In this document: piece by piece, positions 1 to 8,208 of the stretch | Position numbering within the stretch: position 1 is the first letter of the stretch | Layout of the letters: each line of letters starts with the position of its first letter | Assembly (NCBI GenBank): GCA_040389905.1 | Contig: JAZJZK010000043.1 | Span: forward strand, 1 to 46,646 | DNA: 46,646 bases | Source of the DNA: Gemmatimonadota bacterium | Lineage (GTDB): Bacteria; Gemmatimonadota; Gemmatimonadetes; Gemmatimonadales; Gemmatimonadaceae | Reading direction: 5' to 3' | The notes under the pieces: generated by a model | Database searches by the model: none | The model's input: the letters and a program-made list of their open reading frames with translations, nothing else | What the model was told of the DNA's origin: nothing | Position numbers and translations under genes: made by a program

Positions 1-42
1 CGGCGATTAGTAGTTCTCGGCAGCGCCTTGATTCATCGGTGG

Positions 43-675
43 TCATTTTTCACCACTATCGCAATCGAGACATCTGCCGATGGTGTTTCCACCCGTCCAT
101 TGGATGCGCCTGTGCTCGCATGGCGTCGTGGCCGCGCGGCGGGCGACTAGTGCGGCCTCGATCGTCTGCTTGGCTCCAAGCAATTGCCCGCTAAGTGTAT
201 GCGCTGCCACTGCGTACATCTCGTAATTGAAGCACGCGGAGATATAGGTCAGCGCCTTCTCCAGTGCGTCGGTGTTTGCATCCCGATCGCGTTCGGCGGC
301 TTCCATGCGATGCCGCGACGACCATGCACGACGCTCGGCGGTCTCGCGCTTCGACTGCTCGATATCCCGCTCGCATTCGGCGGTGGCGGCACGGGCGAGG
401 GCTTCATCTCGGTCATGCGCATAGGCAATAACGTCAGTCTCCTGTGCGTGCAGGTGACCAACCATGCCGATTCCGATCGCGAACGCCTGCCATTGCGCGG
501 CGTCGCGCTCGTGCGCTTGACGCTCGACGATGGAGCACAACAGCTTCTGCTCGGTCTCCAGCTCGGCGATGCGGGCGTGCAGGGCGGCAGCGCGCTCGGC
601 TTCGTTATGCGGGCATAAGGCAGAGCAGACCCAAGAGCCGTCTGTATACTGATGACATCCACTGATGTGGTTCAC
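43..675 (-). CDS. Hypothetical coiled-coil phage protein
   Basis: GTG at 675 overlaps the upstream TGA (GTGA); Ala/Glu/Arg heptad-like stretches; Cys motifs at both ends (CEH...CLDC). Confidence 0.65.
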   Translation of the reverse strand: MNHISGCHQYTDGSWVCSALCPHNEAERAAALHARIAELETEQKLLCSIVERQAHERDAAQWQAFAIGIGMVGHLHAQETDVIAYAHDRDEALARAATAECERDIEQSKRETAERRAWSSRHRMEAAERDRDANTDALEKALTYISACFNYEMYAVAAHTLSGQLLGAKQTIEAALVARRAATTPCEHRRIQWTGGNTIGRCLDCDSGEK

Positions 676-806
676 GACGTGAACCCCAGCAAAAATGCTA
701 CGGCGAATGCGGCCTTGACGGTCACGATGATGGCCAGCAAGCTCGCGACCAGTGTCACGAAAAACAGATTTGCGATTTGCCAAAACGAGATAGAGAACGG
801 AATCAT
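672..806 (-). CDS. Small hydrophobic membrane protein
   Basis: MIPFSISFWQ... 44 aa, almost all hydrophobic; GGAGG RBS upstream. Confidence 0.55.
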   Translation of the reverse strand: MIPFSISFWQIANLFFVTLVASLLAIIVTVKAAFAVAFLLGFTS

Positions 807-949
807 GACGACCTCCACGTTTTTCGATTCACGCACAGCATCGCCTCTCGGCGATCTTCGATGGCCTGAACCATCGCCTGCCTGACTGTTGCCGCCACCC
901 TGTCCATCCCACCCACCCCGCCGGTCGATCGGCCGTAAGCGATACTGTC

Positions 950-1300
950 CTAGCCTTTTCCGCAACTACTCTTCCCGCAGCTCGCGCACCTACAGAACGT
1001 GTAACCGCATCCGACGCACGGCTTGAGCCGACCGCCGTCGAGCGCGTCGGCCGAGTCGAGGTGGAACGAAGCACTTAGAAGCAGCGCCGCGTCCGCGTAC
1101 CCCTCGGCTCGACCGACGCCGCGCTCGCGTTTGGCGGCATCCTGCTCGTTGCCGGCCAACCGCCTCTCTAGCTGTGCCCTCACCGCAAGCTCCTCGACGA
1201 ACTTCCGTGCGGCAGCCTTCGTCATTCGGCGTTTGTTCATGTGAGGAACTGTACGCCAGAATAGCGACGCAAGCGATGCGACTGGTTGTCGCATATCCAT
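950..1300 (-). CDS. Hypothetical protein with Cys-rich C-terminus
   Basis: CVGCG...CRCASCG...CG; alternative start at 1240. Confidence 0.55.
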   Translation of the reverse strand: MDMRQPVASLASLFWRTVPHMNKRRMTKAAARKFVEELAVRAQLERRLAGNEQDAAKRERGVGRAEGYADAALLLSASFHLDSADALDGGRLKPCVGCGYTFCRCASCGKSSCGKG

Positions 1301-1303
1301 CGG

Positions 1304-1540
1304 CTACAACACGCGTCCGAGCCGCAGCTCGTCGAAGCGCTTCATCCAGTCTTCGAAGTCGAGTCGCATCGCTTCTTTGTAATTCGCCTTGGCCGTCTCG
1401 ACGCAGTCCCAGCAGCACGCTATGACCGTGTGGTTTTGCACGACACCGATGCCTGAGACTTCGCCGCGCAGGCAGCCTTTTTCACCATCGAAATCCACTA
1501 TTTTACCGCAGCCGTCGCATGGGTATTTGAGCATTTCCAT
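1304..1540 (-). CDS. Small Zn-finger-like protein
   Basis: MEMLKYPCDGCG...CCWDC; purine-rich RBS. Confidence 0.6.
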   Translation of the reverse strand: MEMLKYPCDGCGKIVDFDGEKGCLRGEVSGIGVVQNHTVIACCWDCVETAKANYKEAMRLDFEDWMKRFDELRLGRVL

Positions 1541-1590
1541 TTGGATCCTTTCTTTTAGCGCTCGGACGCAGAAACGGTCGGCGACGCTCA

Positions 1591-1833
1591 CTAATGCACG
1601 CTCGCATACGCTCGTGCCGCTGCCTGACGCTTCGCGAAGCGCACGTGCGCCAAACACATTCGCTTGCCACCGACGCGTTCGCTGTGCTTGGCGCACATCG
1701 GACGGTTGCAGGTCTCACCTTCTTTGTCGCCCATGAGCTCGAACGAGCACTTGTCGATGGCGATCTCGTTGCACGTCATGTCGCAGCGCTTCGCCTTCGG
1801 CCGTCCGCACGCAAACATCGTTATCGTCTTCAT
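1591..1833 (-). CDS. Small Cys/His-rich (Zn-binding) protein
   Basis: CDMTC...C...CNRPMCAKH...CLAH. Confidence 0.65.
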   Translation of the reverse strand: MKTITMFACGRPKAKRCDMTCNEIAIDKCSFELMGDKEGETCNRPMCAKHSERVGGKRMCLAHVRFAKRQAAARAYASVH

Positions 1834-1873
1834 TGCTATTCGGAGGTCTCCCTGTGTTTTGTGTTCTGTAGAT

Positions 1874-2038
1874 TCAGCGACCGCGGCGCGAGTCCGGCAC
1901 GTTCGCCAGGCCCGTCGCCTTACCCACGGGCGAGCTTGCTGGCAGGCCACGCGCGTCGAGACCACCTGGGCGTACCTGCACGTCACCGATGCGCGGTGAC
2001 TGCGGGCGCGGCCTGGGCTGTTTGAGTTCGTCGTTCAT
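1874..2038 (-). CDS. Hypothetical small protein
   Basis: ATG overlaps the upstream stop (ATGA). Confidence 0.4.
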   Translation of the reverse strand: MNDELKQPRPRPQSPRIGDVQVRPGGLDARGLPASSPVGKATGLANVPDSRRGR

Positions 2039-2553
2039 TTTAAAAACATCAATACGGTTTTGCAGACTAGTGTAGCGATGCCAAATCCGATCAATGCACC
2101 AACGATCCACGAAAAACTATCAGTTTTAATGACAGGCGCCGCCATCTCTCTATGCTCGGGAAAACCCCTCTCGCGCATCGGTTCATCTTGCGGTGGATTC
2201 ACCTGGCGTTTGAACGCTTCTAGGTCGTGTCGCATGTACGTAGATTTAATAGCGAGCCAGCACAGCAAGAAAAACGACATGATGCCGAAGCCGAACAGAC
2301 CGAGAAACAGGCGGTTGAGCGCGTTGATGCGTGCGTGCATTTCGTTGATTTCGTTTTGCTGCGTTGGTGACAGGTTGAGCGTGATTGTCGTCGTGAGCGC
2401 GTCGTCGATGTCGACACCATTCACTACCAGTGGCCACCATACCGAAGACGAAGGCGCGAATGTGTTCGCCGAGGGTACGGCATTGACAATCGGACTCGCC
2501 TCGGCAACCGTCGAGAGCAAAAACAACATCGGAATCAAGAATTGCGTTTTCAT
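2035..2553 (-). CDS. Membrane protein with signal peptide and two TM segments
   Basis: MKTQFLIPMLFLLSTVAEA signal-like start; hydrophobic segments LFLGLFGFGIMSFFLLCWLAI and WIVGALIGFGIATLV. Confidence 0.7.
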   Translation of the reverse strand: MKTQFLIPMLFLLSTVAEASPIVNAVPSANTFAPSSSVWWPLVVNGVDIDDALTTTITLNLSPTQQNEINEMHARINALNRLFLGLFGFGIMSFFLLCWLAIKSTYMRHDLEAFKRQVNPPQDEPMRERGFPEHREMAAPVIKTDSFSWIVGALIGFGIATLVCKTVLMFLK

Positions 2554-2571
2554 TTTGTCCCTCCTGTTGGT

Positions 2572-2904
2572 TTAGTGTAACGTCACGGCGGCCACCGGTA
2601 GTTCTTTGAGCTCGCCGTTTATGAACGAAAGTCGCATCGGTGGTTTGCCGCGTGCACAGATCGCAAAGTCGGCGACGAATGACAGCCTATGCGTCGGCCA
2701 CTTCGGAATTGCGGAGCGCAGGATGGCGAATAGTTCGCCGAACTCATCAATCAGATTGACACCACGTGCGATGTCGAGTGCGCAGCACATCTGTACGCGC
2801 TGACTGTTCGTCATGGTTTTGAACAGCAGCTCGGGGTTTGGCAGCTCGGGGAAGTAACGCTGCATCAACGCGAGCACGCTGACGGCTTCCTCGAATTTGC
2901 TCAC
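2572..2904 (-). CDS. Hypothetical protein
   Basis: Probable GTG start at 2904 after GAGG; lies within ORF 2572..3105. Confidence 0.55.
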   Translation of the reverse strand: MSKFEEAVSVLALMQRYFPELPNPELLFKTMTNSQRVQMCCALDIARGVNLIDEFGELFAILRSAIPKWPTHRLSFVADFAICARGKPPMRLSFINGELKELPVAAVTLH

Positions 2905-3025
2905 GAAAGCCCTCGGACCGCAATCCGTCGCGCCGCAAAGCGACCGAGTGAGACGATTTCGTACATGCGTCGAGGAGTTGCACGCGGTCGACAGTACGCC
3001 GGCAGTTTTTCTAGAAAGCTCACGA

Positions 3026-3328
3026 TCAGGCCTTCCTTTTGACCGAGCGCACCACGCGAAACAAATTATGGCCGCATGCCGGGCAATGGTGTTCCGTCGA
3101 GCCATTCTGACAACTGACGGCGCGCGTTCCGACGGTCATCGGCTGAGTTTCATCACCCCAGCTTTCGCCGCATCGCGGACACGTTCGCGCATCGATACAT
3201 GGGGCATCATGCGCAACATATCGCTTGAGGGCCTCAGAGACCCCCAACTCTGCAGCGCGCTTTTCTTCTGGCGTGGCGGGATCGGCCAAAACAATCACCT
3301 GATCCAACACATCGACGCGACGGCTCAT
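3026..3328 (-). CDS. Zn-ribbon protein
   Basis: CPRCG and CPACG pairs; coupled to upstream gene. Confidence 0.65.
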   Translation of the reverse strand: MSRRVDVLDQVIVLADPATPEEKRAAELGVSEALKRYVAHDAPCIDARTCPRCGESWGDETQPMTVGTRAVSCQNGSTEHHCPACGHNLFRVVRSVKRKA

Positions 3329-3630
3329 TTGCGCCGCCTCCGCGCTTTCGGCGCTGGTAGGTCGGGTAGATCGTCGTCGGCGCCGTCGGCGATCCTGTCG
3401 AGCGCATCGGCCACCTTTGACGACCCGAGCGGCACCATCTCTAGACTGGTCAACATGCCGTTGATCGTGCCGCGCCGACCAATTCCTGACTTGACGAGCT
3501 GCAACCCGTACACCGGCTCGTTAGCACCAGCGAGGTGGATGAGGACGCGCTCTTTTAGCCGTCGGTTGTGATAATACGTGTACACGCCGTAGCAGCCGAT
3601 CACCAAGATCGCGATGAAGAACCAGATCAT
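3325..3630 (-). CDS. N-terminally membrane-anchored protein with PadR-like wHTH remnant
   Basis: TM MIWFFIAILVIGCYGVY, then VLIHLA...EPVYGLQLVK...RGTINGMLTSLE, resembling PadR helices. Confidence 0.5.
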   Translation of the reverse strand: MIWFFIAILVIGCYGVYTYYHNRRLKERVLIHLAGANEPVYGLQLVKSGIGRRGTINGMLTSLEMVPLGSSKVADALDRIADGADDDLPDLPAPKARRRRK

Positions 3631-3866
3631 GGCAGGACCTCCTTGTTGTAGACAAACTGGTGCACCTTCTCATGGTGCTCGATCATCGCTCGCTGCGAGC
3701 GCCCGTCCCCACCGTGCTCGGCGCAGAAGACGGCCAGGTGCTGGCAGCCGCGGCCACACTGACGGTAGTCGCGCACGGGCTCGCCGCAGACCTCCAGACG
3801 CTCGACGTACTCGTAGACCACATCGGACATGACGCGCTTGCTGGTCTCGTGCTGGCAGGTGCTCAT
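3627..3866 (-). CDS. Small Cys/His-rich protein
   Basis: CQH...CG...CGRGC...FCAEHGG; coupled overlaps on both sides. Confidence 0.6.
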   Translation of the reverse strand: MSTCQHETSKRVMSDVVYEYVERLEVCGEPVRDYRQCGRGCQHLAVFCAEHGGDGRSQRAMIEHHEKVHQFVYNKEVLP

Positions 3867-4051
3867 GAGCTTTTCTTCTTCGACAGGAACTTGACCAACG
3901 CCATGCGCACGACCCCCGTGCGCGTCACCGTGGCGCCATCTGTGGTTAGGCGCTCGGCCGCGGCGTCAACCTGACGTACCAGGTTGCCTGGTAGGAGCAT
4001 CTGCACGCGGCAGTTTTCGTTCTTGTATGGTTTGTTAGGTTTGCGAGACAT
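3863..4051 (-). CDS. Ribbon-helix-helix (CopG/Arc-like) DNA-binding protein
   Basis: RVQMLLPGNLVRQVDAAA...TRTGVVRMALVKFL fits the RHH pattern. Confidence 0.7.
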   Translation of the reverse strand: MSRKPNKPYKNENCRVQMLLPGNLVRQVDAAAERLTTDGATVTRTGVVRMALVKFLSKKKSS

Positions 4052-4086
4052 GAGTATTGAATACACCGCAACACTCATTGGATCAA
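4050..4086 (-). promoter_or_regulatory. Sigma70-like promoter with overlapping inverted-repeat operator
   Basis: TTGATC-17-TATTCA just upstream of ATG 4051; IR ATGAGTATTG (4050-4059)/CAACACTCAT (4069-4078), 1 mismatch. Confidence 0.5.
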
Positions 4087-4100
4087 GCAGAAAGTGCGGC

Positions 4101-4394
4101 CTAGAAGTAGAAGTGAGCGACGGCACCCCAGGACCAGGCCAGCAGGGTGAGCACGAGCGACTGTACGATCTGGATCGCAGCCGCTTCCTTGCCAGCTTCC
4201 TGCTCGTGCGCGACCTTAAGAACGTACTGCTTGCGCAGAATCGAGAGTGCGGACAGGCAGCCGAAGGCGACCGCCATCGGCATCGTCGTTGCGTGGAACT
4301 GCGGCACCACGAACCACGCCCAGAGTCTTGACAGCACATAGGCGTCGAGCAGAGAGTCGAGAAAACCGATCGCGAGCAGGAATAGGAACCACAT
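4101..4394 (-). CDS. Small multi-pass membrane protein
   Basis: About 3 hydrophobic segments; LWAWFVVP motif; GGAGG RBS. Confidence 0.7.
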   Translation of the reverse strand: MWFLFLLAIGFLDSLLDAYVLSRLWAWFVVPQFHATTMPMAVAFGCLSALSILRKQYVLKVAHEQEAGKEAAAIQIVQSLVLTLLAWSWGAVAHFYF

Positions 4395-4459
4395 TCACGC
4401 ACCTCCATTGTTTGTTTGTGTTACCGAACAGTTTTCTATGAAATCACACGCTTCTTCTT

Positions 4460-5290
4460 TTATAGATTCTTTACAGCCTCGTCCTCGACGTCTTCACCGC
4501 GCTTATCGTAGATCGTCGTCGTCTGGATGTTCTCGTGACCAAGGAGACGCTGAGCGACCGCGATGTCCGAGACCTTGCAGATATGTGTGGCGAACGTGCG
4601 GCGGAAGTCGTGCGGTGTGAACTTCTGCAGACCGTGTTTTATGTAGAAGCCGGCGACGATATAGGAGACCTGCCGCTCGGCCGTCTCGAACATCGACGCG
4701 TCGGGCGCGAGAGTTTTCCACCACGCGTCTATGAACGGGCGCCAGCGCGTCCCCACCGGCACCGATCGCCGCTTGTTACCCTTGCCAAATGCCGAGAGGC
4801 GGCCGGTGGTCGGGTCGTAATCCTCGCGCCTGAGTCTGGCGACCTCGATGCGGCGCAACCCGGCGCCCACGAGCACGGCGATGATGGCGGCTTCGCGGAG
4901 AGATGTCTCCCGCAGGATCACCTCGATGCGATCGAGCTCGGCTGGTTGGAGCGCATGCCCTGCGGGTTCACCCTTCCCCGCCTCGTTCTTGATGATGATC
5001 TTGCGGTACTCCTCATCGGGAATGGTGCCCAGGCGCCACGCCGTCTCGAGCACGCCGCGGAGGGCCGACAGAAGCTTGTTGATGGTTTTCGACGACAGAC
5101 CCTCATCGCGCAGTCTGGCGGGGATCGCGCGCACGTCGTCGTAGCGCAGCTCGTGCCAGGCGAAGGTCTCGGCGGTCGAGCCGTCGAGGCCGGCGATGCG
5201 GTTGAGGGCGCCGAGCATCGTCTTGCGGGTGACGCTCTTCTGCGACCATTTCGAGAGGTAGACTGCGGCGGGGTTCTTGGGTTTGGTCAT
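4460..5290 (-). CDS. Tyrosine recombinase / integrase-resolvase
   Basis: Complete catalytic set: GLRRIE (R), GKGNK (K), HDFRRT (HxxR), LLGH, TTTIY (Y); no N-terminal arm-binding domain. Confidence 0.95.
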   Translation of the reverse strand: MTKPKNPAAVYLSKWSQKSVTRKTMLGALNRIAGLDGSTAETFAWHELRYDDVRAIPARLRDEGLSSKTINKLLSALRGVLETAWRLGTIPDEEYRKIIIKNEAGKGEPAGHALQPAELDRIEVILRETSLREAAIIAVLVGAGLRRIEVARLRREDYDPTTGRLSAFGKGNKRRSVPVGTRWRPFIDAWWKTLAPDASMFETAERQVSYIVAGFYIKHGLQKFTPHDFRRTFATHICKVSDIAVAQRLLGHENIQTTTIYDKRGEDVEDEAVKNL

Positions 5291-5439
5291 TACAGTGCGT
5301 CGATTTCGTTCGCATAGCAGTCGAAACACATTTCACGGCCAGCGGCTTTAGCCTCGGCGCTTAACTCGCATCCACAATTGATACAATGATCTTCATCAAC
5401 GGGCTGGAACACTGTGTCGTCTTGGCTGGCGTCACTCAT
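5290..5439 (-). CDS. 49-aa Zn-finger protein coupled to the recombinase (not in ORF track)
   Basis: MSDASQDD...CINCG...CFDC...; AGGAGG RBS; its TAA overlaps the recombinase ATG (TAATG); TTGACA upstream at 5480-5485. Confidence 0.7.
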   Translation of the reverse strand: MSDASQDDTVFQPVDEDHCINCGCELSAEAKAAGREMCFDCYANEIDAL

Positions 5440-5526
5440 GAGTGCCTCCTATCTCAATACTGCCCGACCTCGCCGGGATTGTCAAGAATGTTGATTCTTT
5501 ACGTGAGATTTTCGGGGATTTTTGAG

Positions 5527-5552
5527 AAACTAGCTACTAAAATAGCTAGTTT
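5527..5552. repeat. Perfect inverted repeat, 10-bp arms with 6-bp spacer; candidate recombinase core site
   Basis: AAACTAGCTA-CTAAAA-TAGCTAGTTT, an AT-rich island beside the recombinase. Confidence 0.6.
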
Positions 5553-5570
5553 TCGAACGATCGGCGATCC

Positions 5571-5825
5571 TCACTTCTTCCGCGGACGACCTGCTACGAC
5601 TCCCTTGCGCTCGCCGGCAACCGTGCGCGTGCCGCCGGCCTCGAGTCGTAGCTTGGCGGCGAATTCCTTGAGCTCGAACTTGGTGTTGAGTTTGGTGGCC
5701 CAGGCGTGACCAATGCCGACTGCCATAGCGGCCCGCGTGATGTTGCCTGCAGCTGCGACCAAGGCCGCGCGCCAGGTCTCGAGGCGAACTTCGTTGACCG
5801 CGATTTTGAGAGGACGATCACTCAC
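5571..5825 (-). CDS. Fis-type HTH protein with C-terminal AT-hook-like GRPRK
   Basis: AALVAAAGNITRAAMAVGI matches the Fis HTH_8 pattern; ends GRPRKK. Confidence 0.7.
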   Translation of the reverse strand: MSDRPLKIAVNEVRLETWRAALVAAAGNITRAAMAVGIGHAWATKLNTKFELKEFAAKLRLEAGGTRTVAGERKGVVAGRPRKK

Positions 5826-6763
5826 TGCCCTGCGCTCACGTAATCTTTATGATACGCCTCCGCCCACTCCGCATGGTGAGGCAACTTCAACTTGAACAGC
5901 TTCGACAGAGCCTTCCAGTGCTGCGGGTGTTCGGGGTTCTTGAAGATGTGAGCGTCCGTCGCCATCTGCATCGCGAAGGTCATCCAGTCGGCGGGGAAGG
6001 CGCGGTCGAGGCGGTCGTCAGGCGGGCCGCGGCGCTTGGAGCGCTCGATGTAGCGCACGTCGGCGCCCTGGCCTTTGTTGTGGAACCAGGGCTGCAGTGC
6101 GAGGCACCAGGTGAGGACGCGCTGGTCGGAGTTGACCCACCACTCCCAGGCGGCCTTGGTCTCGCCGTCGGGCACGTAACGAGCTTCGTTGACGCGGGCC
6201 TGAATGAAAGTGAGTAGAAGGTTGTCGACAAGGCTCGTTGCCGGTAGGAGGTCGAACGTGTCGCGCCATTCGGCCGCGCGCATGGTCGCGTGACAGAGCG
6301 CGATCGTCGGAAATCGATGACCCGAGAAGAACATCGCGAGCGTCTCCTCCTTCGAGCGGAAATTGTCGCCATTGGAGTAGTAGAGGACTGCTTTTTCTTT
6401 GGCGCCTTCGTGCTGGTGGTAGAACTCGCGCTTGAGCGGCCACAGGTCGGCGTCCGCGGGCATGATCCAGGTGTCGGCGGGGATGGACACGTCGATCGCC
6501 GCATGCTCACGCACATGTTTGGCTACGGTGCCGTCCGAGTAGGCATCGATGCGCGGCACGAATCTACACTCGAACCTGTGCTTGTTCAGGGCCTCGTAGC
6601 AGACGTTTGGCGCCCCGCTGTACCACATCGATGGTTCGCCGACCAAGTAGACCACAGGCTCGAACCCGATGAGCTCGCGCCAGAGAAGACAGGTCAACGG
6701 CAGTGGAAAGCTGTAGTCGCTATCGACCGTGGCGGAGGTGACGACGATGGTCTTGTCGGTCAT
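5822..6763 (-). CDS. Putative glycosyltransferase (GT-A-like), paralog of 13259..14281
   Basis: DAD motif in WIMPADADLWPL; SDQ and DAH motifs shared with paralog; sits in glycan cluster. Confidence 0.65.
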   Translation of the reverse strand: MTDKTIVVTSATVDSDYSFPLPLTCLLWRELIGFEPVVYLVGEPSMWYSGAPNVCYEALNKHRFECRFVPRIDAYSDGTVAKHVREHAAIDVSIPADTWIMPADADLWPLKREFYHQHEGAKEKAVLYYSNGDNFRSKEETLAMFFSGHRFPTIALCHATMRAAEWRDTFDLLPATSLVDNLLLTFIQARVNEARYVPDGETKAAWEWWVNSDQRVLTWCLALQPWFHNKGQGADVRYIERSKRRGPPDDRLDRAFPADWMTFAMQMATDAHIFKNPEHPQHWKALSKLFKLKLPHHAEWAEAYHKDYVSAGQ

Positions 6764-7254
6764 GGCTTCCTCATTTGCAATTTGAAATTGTAGTTGTGCA
6801 GGTCGCAGGAAACGTACTCGAGACCGAGTTTGTTTTCACAGTGACGCTGTAGGAAATAGGCGTTGAAACCGGTGAAGTGAAATTGCCCTTTTCCATCATC
6901 TCGACCATCGCCTTGGCCGCCGAAAATGCGACGGTTCCATTTCTCCCAATCTTCGTCGTTGTTGGTGTCGGATGCGCCGAGCAATTCGGCTGCAAGCAAC
7001 GCCATGTCCGGCGCCTGGACCACGAGCAGCCCGCCGGGCTTGATGACACGCACCCACTCAGCCAGAACCGCTTTCCACTCGAGGCGCGGGAAGTGCTCGA
7101 GGATGTCCGAGGCGAGAACCTCGTCGACCGACTTGTCCGGGTACGGGAGCTTGCGCACGTCCGCGCGGATGACGCCCGGCGCGTCCACGTACAGGTCGAG
7201 GTTGTCGTAGCCGGGGAGGACGTTCGGGCCGGAGCCGACGTTCAACTTGATCAT
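6760..7254 (-). CDS. Class I SAM-dependent methyltransferase (type 11-like)
   Basis: LNVGSG...NLD...DVRKLPYPDKSVDEV...ILEH...RVIKPGG. Confidence 0.9.
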   Translation of the reverse strand: MIKLNVGSGPNVLPGYDNLDLYVDAPGVIRADVRKLPYPDKSVDEVLASDILEHFPRLEWKAVLAEWVRVIKPGGLLVVQAPDMALLAAELLGASDTNNDEDWEKWNRRIFGGQGDGRDDGKGQFHFTGFNAYFLQRHCENKLGLEYVSCDLHNYNFKLQMRKP

Positions 7255-7445
7255 TAGTATGGCCCATTTTCATCGACCATCAACGGGCGCCCGTCTGCAA
7301 CTTCGTCGAGCAGTGCAGCAAGTTGCAGACTAACCCAAGCACGGTGGTCCTCTAGTGCGTCACGCAATCCCGGCCTTGTGTTTTCTTGTATATGGTCGAT
7401 AAAGGCTTCGGCCCGCTCTTGGGCACCTCTACTTGGGTACTTCAT
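7254..7445 (-). CDS. Hypothetical small protein
   Basis: MKYPSRGAQ...; ATGA and TAATG coupling at both ends. Confidence 0.55.
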   Translation of the reverse strand: MKYPSRGAQERAEAFIDHIQENTRPGLRDALEDHRAWVSLQLAALLDEVADGRPLMVDENGPY

Positions 7446-8014
7446 CGGTCGATGACCATGTACAGATTCTCCTCGAAGATCGCGATGACGCCGTCGGGCT
7501 TGAGCAGCGTCTTCAGGTGTGCGATCACTTCCGTCGAGTTGTGCTCGATGGACGACCAGGCCGAGACCATGAAGATGAGGTCGAACTTGTCGACCGACTT
7601 GAACGTGAGCATGTCGGCGACCTGGAACGAGCAGTCGAAGTGGCGTAACCAAGCCTCGTCTACTTTCGAGAGCTCGGCGTAGTGATCGCGTGCTGCTCCG
7701 ATATTCTGGCCGGCGAAGTCGATGCCGACGTACTTGTTGCACCAGCGGCTAATCTGTTTGACGTAGCGTCCGTAGCCACAGGCGACCTCGAGCACGGCTT
7801 TTGAATCACCGTGTGTGTGGTCATAAACGCGGTCGTTGAGTATCCGCGACAACACCTTGTAGTTGCGCTCGTCCGCTTTCGCGAGGCGGTCGTCTGGGTA
7901 CACGGCGTAGAGACCGTGCAGCGGCTGGTTCCAGTCGCGTTCGACGCGCTTGTCCCAATACTCCTTTGTCTCGCGCTCGCGGGTGGAGGCGTCGGTCAGG
8001 CGGAAGACGCTCAC
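7442..8014 (-). CDS. Class I SAM-dependent methyltransferase
   Basis: VLEVACGYGR...GIDF...ADM...KFDLI...LLKPDG. Confidence 0.9.
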   Translation of the reverse strand: MSVFRLTDASTRERETKEYWDKRVERDWNQPLHGLYAVYPDDRLAKADERNYKVLSRILNDRVYDHTHGDSKAVLEVACGYGRYVKQISRWCNKYVGIDFAGQNIGAARDHYAELSKVDEAWLRHFDCSFQVADMLTFKSVDKFDLIFMVSAWSSIEHNSTEVIAHLKTLLKPDGVIAIFEENLYMVIDR

Positions 8015-8208
8015 GGCATACCTCCTGCCATCAGAACGCCTGCGGCTTCCTTAGGCGACAAGTTGTTTTTGTACAGCTGCATGATCTCGTTTCCGGCGTA
8101 ACTGTTGTGCATGCCAGAGCCGTCGGGGTCGACGAGCAGGCAGCCGTCCTCGTAGAACCCGTTCATGATTTGGGCGAGCTCCTCGCACCACTCATTGATC
8201 TCCATCAT
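8011..8208 (-). CDS. Hypothetical small protein
   Basis: Fills the gap between coupled genes; YxxNLSPKEAA ending. Confidence 0.55.
   Translation of the reverse strand: MMEINEWCEELAQIMNGFYEDGCLLVDPDGSGMHNSYAGNEIMQLYKNNLSPKEAAGVLMAGGMP

Noticed and set aside
840..885. Fluoride riboswitch-like GGCGAUGG start on the minus strand
   Set aside because: Downstream conserved elements of that riboswitch are not evident and no crcB/eriC-type gene follows
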